Assembly: GCA_002189035.1 (NCBI GenBank)
Contig: NEEC01000291.1
Span: 1 to 16,229 of the forward strand
Reading direction: 5' to 3'
From: Utricularia gibba
Taxonomy: Eukaryota; Plantae; Magnoliophyta
Length of the DNA stretch: 16,229 nt
A program made the position numbers and the translations under genes. This document shows, piece after piece, positions 12,101-16,229 of this stretch (position 1 is the first letter of the stretch; each line of letters opens with the position of its first letter). The notes beneath the pieces are model-generated. The model was not told the origin of the DNA, made no database searches, and saw only the letters and a program-made list of their open reading frames with translations.

Positions 12101-15100
12101 TTTTTCAAGGAACCGCTTCTCGTTTTGTGGCGGCCAGTCTCGCTGGGAACTTGGTCCTTGACCCGATTCTGTATGGCTCATGAGGTCAACCGGATGCAAA
12201 TCGATTAAAAAAAATGATGCATTTGTTTAAATTGCGATATCACGTGCACCCCACATGATTTTTTCAACAACTTACTTTATACTTGAGGAGGCGGTCTTGG
12301 GTGCATGAACGGACAAAGGTAAGGTTTGGCTTGCGCGAGAGTTAGTTGTAGCCCGACAAATAAAGTGATGTATTTATTATCGTTCGGTTTTCGGGGCTGC
12401 CTACATGGTTTTTCAAGGAACCGCTTCTCGTTTTGTGGCGGCCAGTCTCGCTGGGAACTTGGTCCTTGACCCCGATTCTGTATGGCTCATGAGGTCAACC
12501 GGATGCAAATCGATTAAAAAAAATGATGCATTTGTTTAAATTGCGATATCACGTGCACCCCACATGATTTTTAACAACTTACTTTATACTTGAGGAGGCG
12601 GTCTTGGGGTGCACTGGAACGGGACAAAGGTAAGGTTTGGCTTGCGCGAGAGTTAGTTGTAGCCCAAATAAAGTGATGTATTTATTATCGTTCGGTTTTC
12701 GGGGCTGCCTACATGGTTTTTCAAGGAACCGCTTCTCGTTTTGTGGCGGCCAGTCTCGCTGGGAACTTGGTCCTTGACCCCGATTCTGTATGGCTCATGA
12801 GGTCAACCGGATGCAAATCGATTAAAAAAAAATGATGCATTTGTTTAAATTGCGATATCACGTGCACCCCACATGATTTTTTCAACAACTTACTTTATAC
12901 TTGAGGAGGCGGTCTTGGGTGCACCTTGAAGGGACAAAGGTAAGGTTTGGCTTGCGCCGAGAGTTAGTTGTAGCCCGACAAATAAAGTGATGTATTTATT
13001 ATCGTTCGGTTTTCGGGGCTGCCTACATGGTTTTTCAAGGAACCGCTTCTCGTTTTGTGGCGGCCAGTCTCGCTGGGAACTTGGTCCTTGACCCCGATTC
13101 TGTATGGCTCATGAGGTCAACCGGATGCAAATCGATTAAAAAAAATGATGCATTTGTTTAAATTGCGATATGACGTGCACCCCACATGATTTTTTCAACA
13201 ACTTACTTTATACTTGGGGAGGCGGTCTTGGGTGCCTACATGGATTTTTCAAGAGGAACCGAACGGACAAAGGTAAGGTTTGGCTTGCGTTAGTTAGGCG
13301 GCCAGGTTTTTCTTCGCTGCTGGGAACTTGACCCCGATCCTGAGGTGACCGATTAAAAAAAATGATGCATTTGTTTAAATTGCGATATCATGTGCACCCA
13401 CATGATTTTTCAACAACTTACTTTATACTTGAGGAGGCGGTCTTGGGTGCAGCTGGAACGGGACAAAGGTAAGGTTTGGCTTGCGCGAGAGTTAGTTGTA
13501 GCCCGACAAATAAAGTGATGTATTTTTATCGTTCGGTTTTCGGGGGCTGCCTACATGGTTTTTCAAGGAACCGCTTCTCGTTTTGTGGCGGCCAGTCTCG
13601 CTGGGAACTTGGTCTTTGACCCGATTCTGTATGGCTCATGAGGTCAACCGGATGCAAATCGATTAAAAAAAATGATGCATTTGTTTAAATTGCGATATCA
13701 CGTGCACCCCACATGATTTTTTCAACAACTTACTTTATACTTGAGGAGGCGGTCTTGGGGTGCACTGAACGGACAAAGGTAAGGTTTGGCTTGCGCGAGA
13801 GTTAGTTGTAGCCCGGCAAATAAATGATGTATTTATTATCGTTCGGTTTTCGGGGCTGCCTACATGGTTTTTCAAGGAACCGCTTCTCGTTTTGTGGCGG
13901 CCAGTCTCGCTGGGAACTTGGTCCTTGACCCCGATTCTGTATGGCTCATGAGGTCAACCGATGCAAATCGATTAAAAAAATGATGCATTTGTTTAAATTG
14001 CGATATCACGTGCACCCCACATGATTTTTTCAACAACTTACTTTATACTTGAGGAGGCGGTCTTGGGTGCACTGGAACGGGACAAAGGTAAGGTTTGGCT
14101 TGCGCCGAGAGTTAGTTGTAGCCCGGCAAATAAAGTGATGTATTTATTATCGTTCGGTTTTCGGGGCTGCCTACATGGTTTTTCAAGGAACCGCTTCTCG
14201 TTTTGTGGCGCCAGTCTCGCTGGGAACTTGGTCCTTGACCCCGATTCTGTATGGCTCATGAGGTCAACCGGATGGAAATCGATTAAAAAAAAATGATGCA
14301 TTTGTTTAAATTGCGATATCATGTGCACCCCACATGATTTTTTCAACAACTTACTTTATACTTGAGGAGGCGTCTTGGGGTGCACTGGAACGGGACAAAG
14401 GTAAGGTTTGGCTTGCGCGAGAGTTAGTTGTAGCCCGACAAATAAAGTGATGTATTTTTATCGTTCGGTTTTCGGGGGCTGCCTACATGGTTTTTCAAGG
14501 AACCGCTTCTCGTTTTGTGGCGGCCAGTCTCGCTGGGAACTTGGTCCTTGACCCCGATTCTGTATGGCTCATGAGGTCAACCGGATGCAAATCGATTAAA
14601 AAAAATGATGCATTTGTTTAAATTGCGATATCACGTGCACCCCACATGATTTTTTCAACAACTTACTTTATACTTGAGGAGGCGGTCTTAGGGTGCACTG
14701 GAACGGGACAAAGGTAAGGTATAGGAGCGGTCTTTGGGTGCACCTTGAACGGACAAAGGTAAGGTTTGGCTTGCGCCGAGAGTTAGTTGTAGCCCGAAAA
14801 AGTGATGTATTTATTATCGTTCGGTTTTCGGGGCTGCCTACATGGTTTTCAAGGAACCGCTTCTCGTTTGTGGCGGCCAGTCTCGCTGGGAACTTGGTCC
14901 TTGACCCCGATTCTGTATGGCTCATGAGGTCAACCGGATGCAAATCGATTAAAAAAAATGATGCATTTGTTTAAATTGCGATATCATGTGCACCCCACAT
15001 GATTTTTTCAACAACTTACTTTATACTTGAGGAGGCGTCTTGGGGTGCACTGGAACGGACAAAGGTAAGGTTTGGCTTGCGCCGAGAGTTAGTTGTAGCC

Positions 15101-15300
15101 CGGCAAATAAAGTGATGTATTTATTATCGTTCGGTTTTCGGGGGGCTGCCTACATGGTTTTCAAGGAACCGCTTCTCGTTTTGTGGCGGCCAGTCTCGCT
15201 GGGAACTTGGTCCTTGACCCCGATTCTGTATGGCTCATGAGGTCAACCGGATGCAAATCGATTAAAAAAAATGATGCATTTGTTTAAATTGCGATATCAC

Positions 15301-15364
15301 GTGCACCCCACATGATTTTTTCAACAACTTACTTTATACTTGAGGAGGCGGTCTTGGGGTGCAC
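15301..15364. repeat. Perfect 10-bp inverted repeat GTGCACCCCA / TGGGGTGCAC enclosing 44 nt, present once per unit
   Basis: Arms are at 15301-15310 and 15355-15364, and also at 3175-3184 and 3229-3238. In other copies the G4/C4 runs are often read one base short. Confidence 0.85.
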
Positions 15365-15465
15365 CTGGAACGGGACAAAGGTAAGGTTTGGCTTGCGCCG
15401 AGAGTTAGTTGTAGCCCGCAAATAAAGTGATGTATTTATTATCGTTCGGTTTTCGGGGGCTGCCT
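15310..15465 (+). repeat. Sub-repeat A (~157 bp) of the dimeric unit
   Basis: It begins ACATGATTTTTTCAA and ends ...AATAAAGTGATGTATTTATT-N25. It aligns with sub-repeat B, which begins ACATGGTTTTTCAA and ends ...AAAAAAATGATGCATTTGTT-N25. Confidence 0.8.
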
Positions 15466-15623
15466 ACATGGTTTTTCAAGGAACCGCTTCTCGTTTTGTG
15501 GCGGCCAGTCTCGCTGGGAACTTGGTTTTGACCCCGATTCTGTATGGCTCATGAGGTCAACCGGATGCAAATCGATTAAAAAAAATGATGCATTTGTTTA
15601 AATTGCGATATGACGTGCACCCC
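15466..15623 (+). repeat. Sub-repeat B (~159 bp) of the dimeric unit
   Basis: It starts at the second ACATG (15466), 156 nt after the first (15310). The TGATG motifs at 15272 and 15428 show the same 156-nt offset. Confidence 0.8.
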
Positions 15624-16229
15624 ACATGATTTTTTTCAACAACTTACTTTATACTTGGGGAGGCGGTCTTGGGTGCACCTTGAACGGGACAAAGGTAAGG
15701 TTTGGCTTGCGCCGAGAGTTAGTTATAGCCCCACAAATAAAGTGATGTATTTGATATCGTTCGGTTTTCGGGACTCCTACATGGTTTTTCAAGGAACCGC
15801 TTCTCGTTTTGTGGCGGCCAGTCTCGCTGGGAAATTGGTCCTTACCCCGATTTTGTATGGCTCATGAGGTCAACCGGATGCAAATCGATTAAAAAAAATG
15901 ATGCATTTGTTTAAATTGCGATATTCATGTGCACCCCACATGATTTTTTCAACAACTTACTTTATACTTGAGGAGGCGGTCTTGGGTGCAGCTGGAACGG
16001 GACAAAAGGTAAGGTTTGGCTTGCGGCGAGAGTTAGTTGTAGCCCGCAAATAAAGTGATGTATTTATTATCGTTCGGTTTTCGGGGCTGCCTACATGGTT
16101 TTTCAAGGAACCGCTTCTCGTTTTGTGGCGGCCAGTCTCGCTGGAACTTGGTCCTTGACCCCGATTCTGTATGGCTCATGAGGTCAACCGGATGCAAATC
16201 GATTAAAAAAATGATGCATTTGTTTAAAT

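Larger units (their letters stand above)
15244..15557 (+). repeat. Representative near-consensus monomer (314 nt as read, ~316 after restoring two single-base losses)
   Basis: The copy from CAACC at 15244 to the next CAACC at 15558 keeps GGGG, CACCTGG and GGGGG. It lacks one A in CCCGACAAA and reads GGTTTTGACC in place of GGTCCTTGACC. Confidence 0.85.
1..16229 (+). repeat. Head-to-tail tandem array of a ~316-bp unit, ~60 full or partial copies, running off both window ends; family not recognised
   Basis: The anchor GATTCTGTATGGCTCATGAGG starts at 1, 314, 623, 935, 1239, 1550, 1864, 2172, 2477, 2786, 3096, 3402, 3708, 4021, 4331 and onward. Spacing is 304-314 in clean regions, with the shortfall explained by scattered deletions. 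No inverted copies and no unique spacer sequence were seen. Confidence 0.99.

Noticed and set aside
15230-15245. Hammerhead or hairpin ribozyme (viroid-like circle)
   Set aside because: The closest match to the CUGANGA core is CUCAUGA, which lacks the essential G. I found no properly placed GAAA/cleavage triplet, no hairpin-ribozyme loop B motif, and no rod-like self-complementarity across the whole unit by eye.
15270-15292. Xer dif-like site (TTTGTTTAAAT resembles the XerD arm TTATGTTAAAT)
   Set aside because: It matches only 8/11 in AT-rich sequence, with no recognisable XerC arm at the correct spacing.
15311-15348. Sigma70 promoter (TATACT as -10) and IHF-like TTTCAACAACTTA
   Set aside because: The -35 (ATGATT) is poor, the SD lies only 2 nt after the -10, and the IHF match has a mismatch. 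Both are expected by chance.
15375-15390. Splice donor AG|GTAAGG or spliced-leader RNA gene array
   Set aside because: I recognise no SL exon sequence or Sm site at the expected position, and a single donor-like hexamer is not evidence.
15270-15436. Box C/D snoRNA (RTGATG motifs at 15271 and 15427)
   Set aside because: Both lack the final A of RUGAUGA, and the consensus has no CTGA box D.
15421-15445. CRESS-DNA virus or satellite origin
   Set aside because: There is no NANTATTAC nonanucleotide on either strand at a hairpin apex, and no Rep.
118-15867. The many 60-113-aa ORFs in the supplied track as real CDSs
   Set aside because: All are the same unit read in shifting frames. Their starts, ends and C-termini change with homopolymer slips, and none resembles a protein I recognise.
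1-16229. DRT2/neo-like never-ending ORF formed by concatemerisation
   Set aside because: The minus strand has stops in all three frames within AAGTATAAAGTAAGTTGTTGA. The plus strand stays open only if several homopolymers take non-modal lengths together. The ~316-nt unit is probably not a multiple of 3, and no reverse transcriptase is present.
1-16229. CRISPR or TIGR-type guide array
   Set aside because: There are no unique spacers, because the entire unit is repeated.
1-16229. Assignment to a known satellite (CentO, CentC, TGRI, alpha satellite, Allium 314-bp repeat) or kinetoplast minicircle
   Set aside because: Only the length is similar. I cannot match the sequence from memory, and minicircle CSB-3 (GGGGTTGGTGTA) is absent. 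A database search is needed.

Overview
The whole 16,229-nt window is one uninterrupted head-to-tail tandem array of a ~316-bp unit, about 60 copies counting partial ones, all on the same strand, with no flanking unique sequence. My by-eye consensus is GATTCTGTATGGCTCATGAGGTCAACCGGATGCAAATCGATTAAAAAAAATGATGCATTTGTTTAAATTGCGATATCACGTGCACCCCACATGATTTTTTCAACAACTTACTTTATACTTGAGGAGGCGGTCTTGGGGTGCACCTGGAACGGGACAAAGGTAAGGTTTGGCTTGCGCCGAGAGTTAGTTGTAGCCCGACAAATAAAGTGATGTATTTATTATCGTTCGGTTTTCGGGGGCTGCCTACATGGTTTTTCAAGGAACCGCTTCTCGTTTTGTGGCGGCCAGTCTCGCTGGGAACTTGGTCCTTGACCCC (homopolymer lengths uncertain). Copy-to-copy differences are mostly homopolymer slips and deletions, with a badly scrambled zone at ~6270-12100. 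This looks like a raw or poorly polished long read (inference). I find no credible gene: every ORF in the track is a frameshifted reading of the same unit. Non-obvious structure: (1) the unit is a diverged dimer of two ~158-bp sub-repeats; (2) the most error-prone position is the unit's only CCWGG site, a signature expected of Dcm methylation; (3) the unit carries three inverted-repeat domains and a cluster of palindromes; (4) a few copies share linked variants. I do not recognise the repeat family or the source organism. Satellite DNA and a rolling-circle concatemer of a ~316-nt circle both remain possible.
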